NCBI GenBank assembly: GCA_946055075.1
Contig: CAMGEN010000006.1
Coordinates: 1-62,973, forward strand
Length of the DNA: 62,973 bases
Direction: 5' to 3'
DNA from: an uncultured Verrucomicrobiota bacterium
GTDB taxonomy: Bacteria; Verrucomicrobiota; Kiritimatiellia; RFP12; UBA1067
In this document: one piece after another, positions 36,647 to 46,073 of the stretch
How positions within the stretch are numbered: position 1 is the first letter of the stretch
How the letters are laid out: each line of letters starts with the position of its first letter
Notes under the pieces: generated by a model
The model's database searches: none
Seen by the model: only the letters and a program-made list of their open reading frames with translations
Told to the model about the DNA's origin: nothing
Translations under genes and position numbers: made by a program

Positions 36647-38976
36647 ATCGGATCCCAACTGAGGTCGATACGAGAGGATGCCCCCTCGGGAACATCAAAC
36701 GAACGCGGCATGCGCCTCGTCGTAACCCAGAGTCCGTCACGCCGGAAGATCGCGAGTCCCTCAACTTCAGTGGCCGCCGGCTCATGGAGAGAAATGAAGA
36801 GCGGTGTGGACTGCTGTTTGAGGAATTCGACCACATAGCCAGATTCCGCGAGATATTGTATGTTCTCACGACTGTTTTCGGGACTTGCCACAAAGCGCTT
36901 CACGCCCCTCTCGGCAAGCTCCGCAAGCGCCGACGCATTGAACGCGTAAAGAGTCCAATCCGCAGTAATATCGGTCACACCACAGGATCTCAAAAGCCGC
37001 AAGGTCGCTAGATCCGAACACTCCCACTTCACAAAGCCCTCACGGACGAGCGACTTGACCCTGCTACGCAACTTGTTGAACTCGAGTTCGCCGTTCCAAA
37101 CGGGCAGCGAAAGACGGAGAGATGAGGGTGAGGTTGAAAACTGGTGAATGGAAGACAGACTCGTCTGAATGTTTATCGCGATAATCACCTCGTCCCAGTC
37201 GCCAGCGGGTACGGACTGATCAGCTCGTATCTTAACGGTATGCAGCGAAGACGAACCACCGATCTCCAAACCCGACTCACTACTCCATCCAACAGCCGCA
37301 TCCACCTTACGCAGGCGCTCGCTCTCGCGGACGTCATCAAGCTTCTCCACGAGATCGCGGCGGAGATCGTTCAAGACGCTCATCGGCACAAAGCGATGTT
37401 CCGGATCGCTCACCGTCAGACGTCCGAGACTGTAGTCGGTCTCACCGAACTTGGAGAACGCCTTCTTAACCGAAGCGAAGGTCTTCTCGGGGTTCTTCGC
37501 CGCGTCAAAAGCGCCGCGGATCTCGACCTCCGCACCGAAGGACCTGGCGAAAACACGCTCGGCTACAATGCCAACCTCGACATCCACCTTCACGAGACCA
37601 GGATAATCGCTCGAACGGAAGCTCGGCACCGGGAACTTCCGTTTCACTGCATTCGACATCGAACAATAGACAGTGTCTCCAGGATGAACAAGAAACCTTT
37701 CATCCTTTGCACCACTACCGTTTCCACCTGAAACTTCTCGCTCCGGAAGCGCGATCTCCACATCTTCGCCGGGCGCAACCTCAAAGACAGGCGCACGAGA
37801 AATCGCCTGCCGCATCTCCTGAATGCCAAACCCGAAGTGACGCCCTTCGTCCGTCAGCGCGTCGAACTGGAGTCCGTCATGCTTCTCCAGCGCCCGCATC
37901 GTGTGGAACCGCAGCCACGCCCTTCCCTCACGATCGCGCGTAATGCGCTTGACGGTGCCGATCGGCGTTCCAAGATGCCCGAGGGAGACTGGGTCAATAG
38001 GGGAAGAGTTGGTAGTTGATTGTTGATAGTTGGCAAGATTGAAGCGGAGTTCGGTCGTGCGGCGGGAGAAGACCGTCTCGAGATCAGAAGAGGTCACCTT
38101 CCGCGACTCCTCGCTCCTGACTCCCGCCTCGTCGCTTCTCGTCAAGAACTGACGGTACCAGCGGGTGACGCTCGCGACATAGAGCGGACTCTTCATGCGC
38201 CCCTCGATCTTGAGCGAGGCGACGCCGATCTCAGCGAGACTCTTCACGTCCTCGCCAAGCCGCAGGTCCTTCATGGAGAACGGATAATGATGAGTTGAAT
38301 TCGAAAGTTGAAGAGCGGAATTGCGACCGCTCCTTTCTTCAACTTCGCACTTCAACTCCTGCCTGCAGCAGTACGGACACTTCCCGCGATTGCCGCTGCG
38401 CCCCTTCTCCATCGCCCCATAGAGACAGAGACCGGAAATCGAATAGCACAAGGCGCCGTGGATGAAGACTTCGAGTTCGACGTCTCCGCAACGTTGCTTG
38501 ATCTGACGGATCTCCTCAAACGAAAGCTCACGCGCCAACACCACGCGGGTGAAGCCGATCTCTTTGAGCGCCATGACGCCTTCAAGATTGTGAGCAACAA
38601 GCTGAGTCGACGCATGCAACGTGAGGCCGGGAAAGAACTTGCGACAGATACGCGCGACGCCGAGATCCTGGACGATTATGGCATCCGGTCCCGCCTGTTC
38701 AAGCCGAGAAAGCCGGTCAATCGCCTCCTCGAAGTTCGTCTCGTCAATGACGGTATTGAAGGTCACGTAGACGCGACGGGCGGACGGACGAGAGTCGGTG
38801 TCACCGACGGCGTGCGCGTAGCGGATCAGCTCCTTGAGGTGCGCAATCGAAAAGTTTGTCGCGAAAGCCCTGGCCGAGAAGTCGGAGAGCCCGCAATAAA
38901 CGGCATCCGCACCCGCGTCAAACGCCGCAAGCGCGGTTTCGAAGTCGCCCGCAGGGGCAAGCAGTTCACAGTCCAT
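36637..38976 (-). CDS. Peptidase U32 family Fe-S protein with DUF3656-like domain (RlhA-like)
   Basis: ELLAPAG, GADAVY, HASTQ, HGALCYSISGLC, NRGKCPYCCR and LKIEGRMK motifs. Confidence 0.88.
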   Translation of the reverse strand: MDCELLAPAGDFETALAAFDAGADAVYCGLSDFSARAFATNFSIAHLKELIRYAHAVGDTDSRPSARRVYVTFNTVIDETNFEEAIDRLSRLEQAGPDAIIVQDLGVARICRKFFPGLTLHASTQLVAHNLEGVMALKEIGFTRVVLARELSFEEIRQIKQRCGDVELEVFIHGALCYSISGLCLYGAMEKGRSGNRGKCPYCCRQELKCEVEERSGRNSALQLSNSTHHYPFSMKDLRLGEDVKSLAEIGVASLKIEGRMKSPLYVASVTRWYRQFLTRSDEAGVRSEESRKVTSSDLETVFSRRTTELRFNLANYQQSTTNSSPIDPVSLGHLGTPIGTVKRITRDREGRAWLRFHTMRALEKHDGLQFDALTDEGRHFGFGIQEMRQAISRAPVFEVAPGEDVEIALPEREVSGGNGSGAKDERFLVHPGDTVYCSMSNAVKRKFPVPSFRSSDYPGLVKVDVEVGIVAERVFARSFGAEVEIRGAFDAAKNPEKTFASVKKAFSKFGETDYSLGRLTVSDPEHRFVPMSVLNDLRRDLVEKLDDVRESERLRKVDAAVGWSSESGLEIGGSSSLHTVKIRADQSVPAGDWDEVIIAINIQTSLSSIHQFSTSPSSLRLSLPVWNGELEFNKLRSRVKSLVREGFVKWECSDLATLRLLRSCGVTDITADWTLYAFNASALAELAERGVKRFVASPENSRENIQYLAESGYVVEFLKQQSTPLFISLHEPAATEVEGLAIFRRDGLWVTTRRMPRSFDVPEGASSRIDLSWDPICS
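38292..38358. repeat. 67-bp in-frame imperfect palindrome in the U32 gene
   Basis: GAGTTGAA...AAGTTGAAG-AGCGG pairs with CCGCT...CTTCAACTT...TTCAACTC. Confidence 0.85.
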
Positions 38977-40246
38977 TGAAATCAAGCGTTGCGAAGTAAT
39001 CGTCAAGCGTCTCAGCGCGACGGATCTCACGGACCGAACCATCCTTCTCAAGGAGGAGTTCGGCACTTCGGAGCTTGCCATTGTACTGAAATCCCATAGC
39101 GTGTCCGTGCGCTCCGGCATCGCAAATGACGACGTAGTCGCCGGGCTCCAAAACCGGGAGTACGCGCTGAATCGCGAACTTATCGTTGTTCTCGCAAAGC
39201 GACCCGGTAACGTCATAGACCGTCGTATCGCCGCTATTCTCCTTGCCGGGAACGACGATCTCGTGGTAGGCGCCGTAGAGGGCGGGACGCATCAGATTGG
39301 ACATGCAAGCGTCGAGTCCGGCATACATCCGATAGGTGTTCTTAATGTGCAGGACCTTGGCGACCAGATAGCCATAGGGGCCAGTGATGCAGCGTCCGCA
39401 CTCCATGAAGAGCCGAATCGGCTTCAGCCCCTTGTCCTCAACCAACTCCTCATACGCCCTGCGGATCCCGTCGCCGACGTACTCGAGATCCATCGCTTTC
39501 TGGTCGGGACGGTAGGGGATACCGATGCCGCCGCCGATGTTGACGAACTCGAAGTCGATGCCAAGCTGGTCATGGAGTTCACCTACAAGGGCGAACAGCA
39601 TTTTTGCGGTGTCAATGATGTACTCGGGATCTAGTTCATTCGAGGCGACCATGGCGTGAAGGCCGAACCGCTTTACACCAGCATCGCGCATCCTCGCGTA
39701 GCATTCGAACAACTGATCACGGGTAAGACCGTACTTGGCCTCCTCGGGCCTGCCGATAATGGCGTTACCGCCCTTCAAGGGGCCGGGATTATATCGGCAG
39801 CACATGATCCTGTCGGACCAGGAATCAGCATCAGGGTTAAGATTTCTCGAGTTGAGGGTGGAAACGAGGAAATCCCAATGCGAGATATCGTCAAGATTGA
39901 TTACCGCACCTAGTTCCCAAGCCTTGACGAACTCCTCGGCAGGGGTATCATTTGACGTAAACATGATGTGCTCTCCGTCATTACCAACTTTCTCGGCAAG
40001 GACGAGCTCGGCCATCGAGGAGCAGTCGGATCCGAAATCAAACTCCTTTAGCAACTTCATAAGGTGCGGGTTCGGCGTCGCCTTGACCGCGAAAAACTCG
40101 CGAAATCCCGCATTCCACGCAAACGCCTTCTTCAGGCGACGGGCATTCGCACGAATTGCCTCTGCGTCATAAACATGAAATGGTGTCGGCCACTTGGCAG
40201 CTGTGTTTTCAATCCACTTTTTGTCAAAAGGAAGTCGTCTAGACAT
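38966..40246 (-). CDS. lysA: Diaminopimelate decarboxylase
   Basis: PTPFHVYD, FAVKA, NIGGGIG, ECGR, RPALYGAYH and GSLCENND motifs. Confidence 0.93.
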   Translation of the reverse strand: MSRRLPFDKKWIENTAAKWPTPFHVYDAEAIRANARRLKKAFAWNAGFREFFAVKATPNPHLMKLLKEFDFGSDCSSMAELVLAEKVGNDGEHIMFTSNDTPAEEFVKAWELGAVINLDDISHWDFLVSTLNSRNLNPDADSWSDRIMCCRYNPGPLKGGNAIIGRPEEAKYGLTRDQLFECYARMRDAGVKRFGLHAMVASNELDPEYIIDTAKMLFALVGELHDQLGIDFEFVNIGGGIGIPYRPDQKAMDLEYVGDGIRRAYEELVEDKGLKPIRLFMECGRCITGPYGYLVAKVLHIKNTYRMYAGLDACMSNLMRPALYGAYHEIVVPGKENSGDTTVYDVTGSLCENNDKFAIQRVLPVLEPGDYVVICDAGAHGHAMGFQYNGKLRSAELLLEKDGSVREIRRAETLDDYFATLDFNGL

Positions 40247-40355
40247 ATCAACCCTTTTTTGAATGAATATATTACCGAAATTCATCCTAAAATGCAAGCA
40301 TAACCATAAAAATCCTCACTTGCGCGCGCACGCGTGTATATAGTATAATATGTGC

Positions 40356-40745
40356 ATGAATAAGTTTTTAGCTCCTATCCTGCTATGCGTGACAATATGT
40401 CTCACGGGATGCTTTTCAATCTCCAACAGCAGGGAGCCTGGCATGAAAAATCATGTTCTGGTAACGAATTTCGGATGGTATCTTTTCGGCGCCATCCCTA
40501 TTGTCTGCGGCAATGCAGCAGAGGACGCATATACCCCCTTCGTCATTTTCAGAAACGATGTGCAAATGGACTTGCTGCAGCGCCGACTCTTCAAGGAAGC
40601 CGAAAGACAACAATATCAGGTGGAGAATCTGGTCTGGAACAATTACGATTCTGTACTTTTCAATCTTCCGTTCGTAAACATACCAGTTCCGATCCCTTAC
40701 ATCCTCACATACCGTGAGAAACAGCTGTCCGGAGAATTGAAATGA
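40356..40745 (+). CDS. Small lipoprotein of unknown function
   Basis: Lipobox LTGC; contains NFGWYLFGAIPI. Confidence 0.75.
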   Translation: MNKFLAPILLCVTICLTGCFSISNSREPGMKNHVLVTNFGWYLFGAIPIVCGNAAEDAYTPFVIFRNDVQMDLLQRRLFKEAERQQYQVENLVWNNYDSVLFNLPFVNIPVPIPYILTYREKQLSGELK

Positions 40746-41095
40746 AGAAGATCCTCACCGTCATATCATTGGCTCTACTCCTCGGCGGTTGCGCTACGTA
40801 CCACATCTCCGACGAAGGCGGTCATAAGACGATTGACGTGGAGAACACCGGCTGGTATCTGTTAAGTTTCATTCCCATCGCCTCCGGCAATCCAGATCGT
40901 CCGAACAAGCATTGCTGCTCGTTGTTTTCCCAAACGGTTACACTCGAGAACAACATGAAGATTTTACGTCTGGCCATGCTAAAAGACGGATCCTACAAGG
41001 CCAACAACGTAGTCTCTCACTCTACCGACGAAAAGGTAATGCTCATTTTACTCAAACGTTACGCCTTGCACACCAGCGCAGAACTAGTCAAGTAA
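40742..41095 (+). CDS. Small lipoprotein, paralog of the upstream gene
   Basis: Lipobox LGGC; contains NTGWYLLSFIPI. Confidence 0.75.
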   Translation: MKKILTVISLALLLGGCATYHISDEGGHKTIDVENTGWYLLSFIPIASGNPDRPNKHCCSLFSQTVTLENNMKILRLAMLKDGSYKANNVVSHSTDEKVMLILLKRYALHTSAELVK

Positions 41096-41099
41096 CATC

Positions 41100-42149
41100 A
41101 TGATGATCGCCAGACATGTCCGTAAGCTCGCGGGCTACATCCCCGGTGAACAACCGAAGACGAAGAACGTAGTTAAGCTCAACACCAACGAAAACGCCTA
41201 TCCGCCATCTCCGAAATGCGCTCAAGTGCTCAAGCGATTCGATCTCGAACGATTGCGTCGATATTGCGATCCCGACTGCACTGCGCTCCGCGAAGCGCTC
41301 GCGAAACTGCACCACACGACGCCTGACCATATCTTCGTCGGCAACGGATCGGACGAAATCCTCGCGCTCAGTGCTAAGACCTTCGTAGAAAACGACGAAT
41401 CAATAGGATCTCTCGATCCAAGCTACTCGCTCTACAAGACACTCGCGGCGATCCGCGACGTCGAATGGCGGGGATGCGCAATCGGCGAGAAAAGAGGGAC
41501 GAGGAATAAGGAATGGCGGAAGATTTCACTTTTCCTGCTCACGAATCCCAACGCGCCGACTGGAGAATGGGTCGAGCCCGCGGCGATCGCCGCTTTTGCG
41601 AAGAAGTTCAAGGGCGTGGTACTGATTGACGAGGCGTACGGCGACTTCGCCCGCGGCAACTGTATGAAGCTCGCGATCGCGGAGGACAACCGGAACATCC
41701 TCGTGATGCGCACCTTCTCCAAGAGCTTCTCGCTCGCGGGGCTCCGCGTCGGTTACTGTGTTGGACCGAAGGAACTGATTGATGCGCTCGTCAAGGTGAA
41801 GGACTCTTACAACGTCGACGCCATCGCCCAGGCCGTGGCGCTCGCCGCGGTCAGGGACGTGGCCTGGATGAAGAAGAACGTCAAGGCGATTATCGAAACC
41901 CGCGAGCGGTTCACCAACGAACTAGTGAAGCGTGGCTGGGACGTGATCCCGAGCGAATCGAACTTCGTCTTCGCGCGTCCACCGAAGGGAAACCGGGCCG
42001 AGATCGTCTTCACCGCGCTCAAGGAACGGAACATCTTCGTGCGTTACTTTAGGGGTCCGAAGACGGGCGACCGTCTTCGGATTACGATCGGCACGCCCGC
42101 ACAGATGAAGAAGCTCCTCTCCGCACTAGACAAAATCAGTAAAAAATGA
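41100..42149 (+). CDS. hisC: Histidinol-phosphate aminotransferase
   Basis: KLNTNEN, GNGSDE, NPNAPTG, DEAY and RTFSKSFSLAGLRVG motifs. Confidence 0.95.
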   Translation: MMIARHVRKLAGYIPGEQPKTKNVVKLNTNENAYPPSPKCAQVLKRFDLERLRRYCDPDCTALREALAKLHHTTPDHIFVGNGSDEILALSAKTFVENDESIGSLDPSYSLYKTLAAIRDVEWRGCAIGEKRGTRNKEWRKISLFLLTNPNAPTGEWVEPAAIAAFAKKFKGVVLIDEAYGDFARGNCMKLAIAEDNRNILVMRTFSKSFSLAGLRVGYCVGPKELIDALVKVKDSYNVDAIAQAVALAAVRDVAWMKKNVKAIIETRERFTNELVKRGWDVIPSESNFVFARPPKGNRAEIVFTALKERNIFVRYFRGPKTGDRLRITIGTPAQMKKLLSALDKISKK

Positions 42150-42159
42150 ATCGCCCGCG

Positions 42160-42190
42160 ATTCCTCGTTGCTCATTACTCATTACTTATT
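42160..42190. repeat. Intergenic heptamer tract (TTACTCA-type)
   Basis: ttcctcg ttgctca ttactca ttactta, directly upstream of the paaK start. Confidence 0.7.
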
Positions 42191-42195
42191 TTACC

Positions 42196-43509
42196 GTGAA
42201 CTCGATATCTAGACCCGATTACATGCCCGTCGAGGAGCTCCGCGCCCTTCAGCTGGCGAAACTGCAGAAACTCGTCACCTACGAATACGAGCGCGTCGCG
42301 CTTTTCCGCCGCCGCTGCGATGAGAAAGGCGTTAAGCCACGTGACATCGTCACGCTCAAGGACATCGCGAAGCTTCCGTTCATGAAGAAGACCGACCTCC
42401 GCGACGAGTATCCCACCGGTCTCACGGCAGCACCGATGAACGAGATCGTCCGCTTCCATTGCTCATCCGGCACCACTGGCAAACCCATCTGCATTCCAAA
42501 CACCAAGAACGACATCGAGGTGTGGGCGGATGCTACCGCACGGACCCTGGCGATGTACGGAATTACCAACGAAGACGTGCTACAGGTGTCCTACGGCTAC
42601 GGACTCTTCACCGGCGGCCTCGGTCTCCACTATGGCGGAGAGCTCCTAGGATGCGCAGTGCTACCGACTTCGGCCGGCAACACCGAGAAGCAGCTCATGC
42701 TGATGCGTGACCTCGGAACAACCGCGATCTGCTGCACGCCCTCCTATTTCCTCCACATCATCGAGGTCGCCGAGAAACTCGGCATCGACTTCCGCCGCGA
42801 CACGAAGCTCCGCCACGGCATTTTCGGCGCCGAACCGTGGACGGACGAGATGCGTGCGAAGATCGAATCGCGCACCGGCATCATCGCCCATGACATCTAC
42901 GGTCTTACCGAGGTCTCCGGTCCCGGCGTCGCCGGCAGCTGCCAGTACTGCGAAAATGAGACCCCGGGGCTTCACATCTGGGAGGACCACTACTACCCCG
43001 AGATTGTCGATCCCGAAACACTCGAACCGCTGCCGGACGGCGAAGAAGGCGAACTCGTCTTCACCACGCTCGACCGCACGGGCACCCCGATGGTCCGTTA
43101 CCGCACCCGCGACCTCACTCGGTTCCACACCGAGCCGTGCAAATGTGGACGCACCGCGCGCGTCATGGACCGCATCAAGGCGCGGTCGGACGATATGCTA
43201 ATCATCCACGGCGTCAACGTGTTCCCGAGTCAGATCGAGACCGCACTTCTCACCGTTCCCGAAGTCGAGCCGCACTATCAGATCATCATCACGCCGACCG
43301 AAACGCTGGACCTCTTCGAGATCAAGGTAGAGATCAAGGCCGAGGCCTTCTCGGACAACATCCGCACCCTCGAAGTCCTGCGCAAGAAGGTTCTCGCCGC
43401 TGTCAAGCAGATCATCGGTCTTTCTCCGAAACTCACCCTCGTCGCCCCAGGCTCCCTCCCACGCAGCGAGGGCAAAATCAAGCGGGTGATTGACAATAGG
43501 AGGAAGTGA
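42196..43509 (+). CDS. paaK: Phenylacetate--CoA ligase family protein
   Basis: SSGTTGKP, YGLFTGGLG, GAEPW, YGLTE, RYRTRD and GVNVFPSQIE motifs. Confidence 0.9.
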   Translation: MNSISRPDYMPVEELRALQLAKLQKLVTYEYERVALFRRRCDEKGVKPRDIVTLKDIAKLPFMKKTDLRDEYPTGLTAAPMNEIVRFHCSSGTTGKPICIPNTKNDIEVWADATARTLAMYGITNEDVLQVSYGYGLFTGGLGLHYGGELLGCAVLPTSAGNTEKQLMLMRDLGTTAICCTPSYFLHIIEVAEKLGIDFRRDTKLRHGIFGAEPWTDEMRAKIESRTGIIAHDIYGLTEVSGPGVAGSCQYCENETPGLHIWEDHYYPEIVDPETLEPLPDGEEGELVFTTLDRTGTPMVRYRTRDLTRFHTEPCKCGRTARVMDRIKARSDDMLIIHGVNVFPSQIETALLTVPEVEPHYQIIITPTETLDLFEIKVEIKAEAFSDNIRTLEVLRKKVLAAVKQIIGLSPKLTLVAPGSLPRSEGKIKRVIDNRRK

Positions 43510-43541
43510 TTCGTGGTTGGTGGTTCGTGATTAGTGATTAG
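43507..43541. repeat. Heptamer tract (TGRTTNG)x5 filling the paaK-kinase spacer
   Basis: tgattcg tggttgg tggttcg tgattag tgattag; the first unit supplies the paaK TGA. Confidence 0.85.
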
Positions 43542-43544
43542 CAT

Positions 43545-44603
43545 ATGAAGGACTTTTTTAAAGGTGTAAGGAAGCACATCGGGAAGCTTGATGCCGAGCA
43601 TCTCCGCGAGCAGTATTCACTCGTAACCGACGAGCTCGCATTCTCCGAGATGATCTTCCACACGACCAGCGACGGATATCTAGTGCTGGACGCCTCTGGT
43701 TCGCCGAGGTGGGCGAACCATGCGGCAGAATGGCTGCTCGGCATGAAACCCGAGGACATTCTGCCGACGCTAGACATTCCTCTTTGCAAATCATCCAAGC
43801 GCGAAGTCGAAATTTCTTATCCCGAGCACAGGTTCTTGGAGATACAGACTTTCCCGATGGGAGGGGATGAGACGCTGGTAAAACTTACAGATATTACCGC
43901 GAATCGCGAGAAAAGCGAGGAAGAACTTCGCGCCGGAGCAACCCAAGCCGTCCGAGACCTTGCCAGCGGAGTCGCCCACGAGATCGGCAACCCCTTAAAT
44001 GCGATTTCGCTCAATCTACAGATTCTCGAACAGAATCCCGGCGACAAAGAATCAATCGCCATCTGTAAATCCGAAATCAAGCGGCTCGATGGAATCCTCA
44101 AAGGTTTCCTGCAAGCACTCAAGCCATCACGCCCCAATCTGATGCCAGGCTCCCCTGCATCACCGCTCAAGGACTGTCTTGAGACCCTAAAGGCGCAACT
44201 GGAAGACCGCCAGATCACCGTGTCCGTCAACATGCCTGGCGCGCTTCCTTCGGTTGCACTCGACCCCGCACAAATGGAGCAGGTCTTCTTCAATCTGATC
44301 AAAAACTCGCTCGAAGCGATGACGGACGGCGGGAGCATCGACATCACCATCGGATCCGACGACAATGACGTCTTCATTGCTTTTCACGACAGCGGAGCCG
44401 GATTGACCGCGGAACAAATCGCCCATCTCTTTGAGCCGTACCGCACTTCCAAGGAACACGGCACCGGGCTCGGTCTCATGATCTCTCAACGGATCGTCCG
44501 CGACCACGGCGGCCGAATAGATGTGGAGTCCGCGCCCGGAGAAGGCGCAATATTCACCATCCGGCTCCCGCGCATCGAACGCCGAGTTCGAGCTTTGAAA
44601 TAA
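43545..44603 (+). CDS. Cytoplasmic PAS histidine kinase (NtrB-like)
   Basis: AHEIGNPL, NLIKNS, DSGAG and GTGLGL motifs; no TM helix. Confidence 0.92.
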   Translation: MKDFFKGVRKHIGKLDAEHLREQYSLVTDELAFSEMIFHTTSDGYLVLDASGSPRWANHAAEWLLGMKPEDILPTLDIPLCKSSKREVEISYPEHRFLEIQTFPMGGDETLVKLTDITANREKSEEELRAGATQAVRDLASGVAHEIGNPLNAISLNLQILEQNPGDKESIAICKSEIKRLDGILKGFLQALKPSRPNLMPGSPASPLKDCLETLKAQLEDRQITVSVNMPGALPSVALDPAQMEQVFFNLIKNSLEAMTDGGSIDITIGSDDNDVFIAFHDSGAGLTAEQIAHLFEPYRTSKEHGTGLGLMISQRIVRDHGGRIDVESAPGEGAIFTIRLPRIERRVRALK

Positions 44604-44645
44604 GTCTTGCCTCCCGCCTCCTAATTTTTCAACTATTCATCTTCC

Positions 44646-46073
44646 ATGTCCAAGCCAAAGATACTAATCGTCGACGACGAGAAAATGACACGAGACGCGA
44701 TGTCACGTATTCTTAGCGGAGAATACGACTGTCTCACCGCGGCAGATCCCGAATTGGCACTCTCCGTACTTGACCAGAACCCAGATGTCGCACTGATTCT
44801 TACAGACTACAAGATGCCGGTGATGAACGGCGTCGAACTCATCAAATCCGCCAAGGCGAAATTCCCCTCCGTTGGCGCCATCCTGATTACCGCCTTCGGC
44901 GAAATCGATCTCGCCGTCGCCGCGATGAAAGAAGGCGCGGACGACTTCATCACCAAACCGATCACCGACTTCTCCCAGCTCCGCACCCGCATCGAACGCG
45001 CCATCAAGGTAAGTGCACTCGAGAAAAAAGTGGCAGACCTTGAATCGAAGCTGGTAGCGAAAAGCGGCCTCAACGCCATCACCGGATCGTCACCGGCAAT
45101 GGAACGCGTCTACCAACTCATTCGCCGCATCGCGCCTACTCCTGCGACCGTCTTGATTGAAGGCGAAAGCGGAACCGGCAAGGAACTTGTAGCCAAAGCG
45201 CTACACGATCTATCTCCGCGCAAGAACAATCCATTCATCGCCGTGGAATGCTCGGCGTTCTCAGGCGACCTGCTCAAATCAGAACTCTTCGGATACGTCC
45301 CAGGAACATTTACCGGCGGACTCAAGGACGGCAAGAAAGGTTGCATTGAATCAGCCGCGGACGGCACCTTGTTTCTTGATGAAATCGGCGAAATCGACAT
45401 GCCGACGCAAATAGCACTGCTCAGAACCATTCAATCCAAATCCATCCGGCGGCTCGGCTCAAGCGAAGAAACCCCCGTCGATTTCCGCCTTGTCGCCGCG
45501 ACCAATAAGAACCTCAAGGAAATGGTCGCTGAAGGCAAGTTCAGGGAAGACTTGTTCTTCCGCCTGAACGTGATACCGATCGATCTTCCCCCTCTTCGTG
45601 AGCGTCCCGGCGACATCGCATTGCTCGCCTCACGCTTTCTCAAAGAATTCGCAAAAGAATATTCCAGCCAAGTCAAAGGCTTCTCCCCAGGCGCAATGGA
45701 GGCGCTAGAGCACTACCCCTGGCCAGGCAATGTACGCGAACTGAGAAACGTCATTGAAAGAATGGTGGTGCTATCAACCGGTGAGATGATTACGGCTGAT
45801 GACCTCCCTACCGACATCAAAGGAACACCGGGAACGCCCCCCATTTCGAACACCCACCCTTCTGATTCAACCGACAGAAGCACAAAGGAACCAGCTTCCT
45901 CCGCATCTTCAACTCCAGCGCACAACCCCACCACTCTTGCTGCAGCTGAAAAGCAGCAGATACTCGCGGCCTTAAAAGCCGCTGGCGGCAACAAGTCGAA
46001 AGCCGCCGAGTCGCTTGGCATATCGCGCAGGACCCTCCATAGGAAACTTAACGAATGGAAATTCCAGGACTGA
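44646..46073 (+). CDS. Sigma54-dependent response regulator (NtrC/AtoC-like)
   Basis: Receiver domain, GESGTGKE, GTFTGG (a GAFTGA variant), WPGNVREL and a Fis-type HTH. Confidence 0.93.
   Translation: MSKPKILIVDDEKMTRDAMSRILSGEYDCLTAADPELALSVLDQNPDVALILTDYKMPVMNGVELIKSAKAKFPSVGAILITAFGEIDLAVAAMKEGADDFITKPITDFSQLRTRIERAIKVSALEKKVADLESKLVAKSGLNAITGSSPAMERVYQLIRRIAPTPATVLIEGESGTGKELVAKALHDLSPRKNNPFIAVECSAFSGDLLKSELFGYVPGTFTGGLKDGKKGCIESAADGTLFLDEIGEIDMPTQIALLRTIQSKSIRRLGSSEETPVDFRLVAATNKNLKEMVAEGKFREDLFFRLNVIPIDLPPLRERPGDIALLASRFLKEFAKEYSSQVKGFSPGAMEALEHYPWPGNVRELRNVIERMVVLSTGEMITADDLPTDIKGTPGTPPISNTHPSDSTDRSTKEPASSASSTPAHNPTTLAAAEKQQILAALKAAGGNKSKAAESLGISRRTLHRKLNEWKFQD

Noticed and set aside
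45820-45940. Pro/Ser/Thr-rich stretch in the sigma54 regulator as a repeat insert
   Set aside because: It sits in the usual variable linker before the HTH and has no clear 6-8 nt periodicity.
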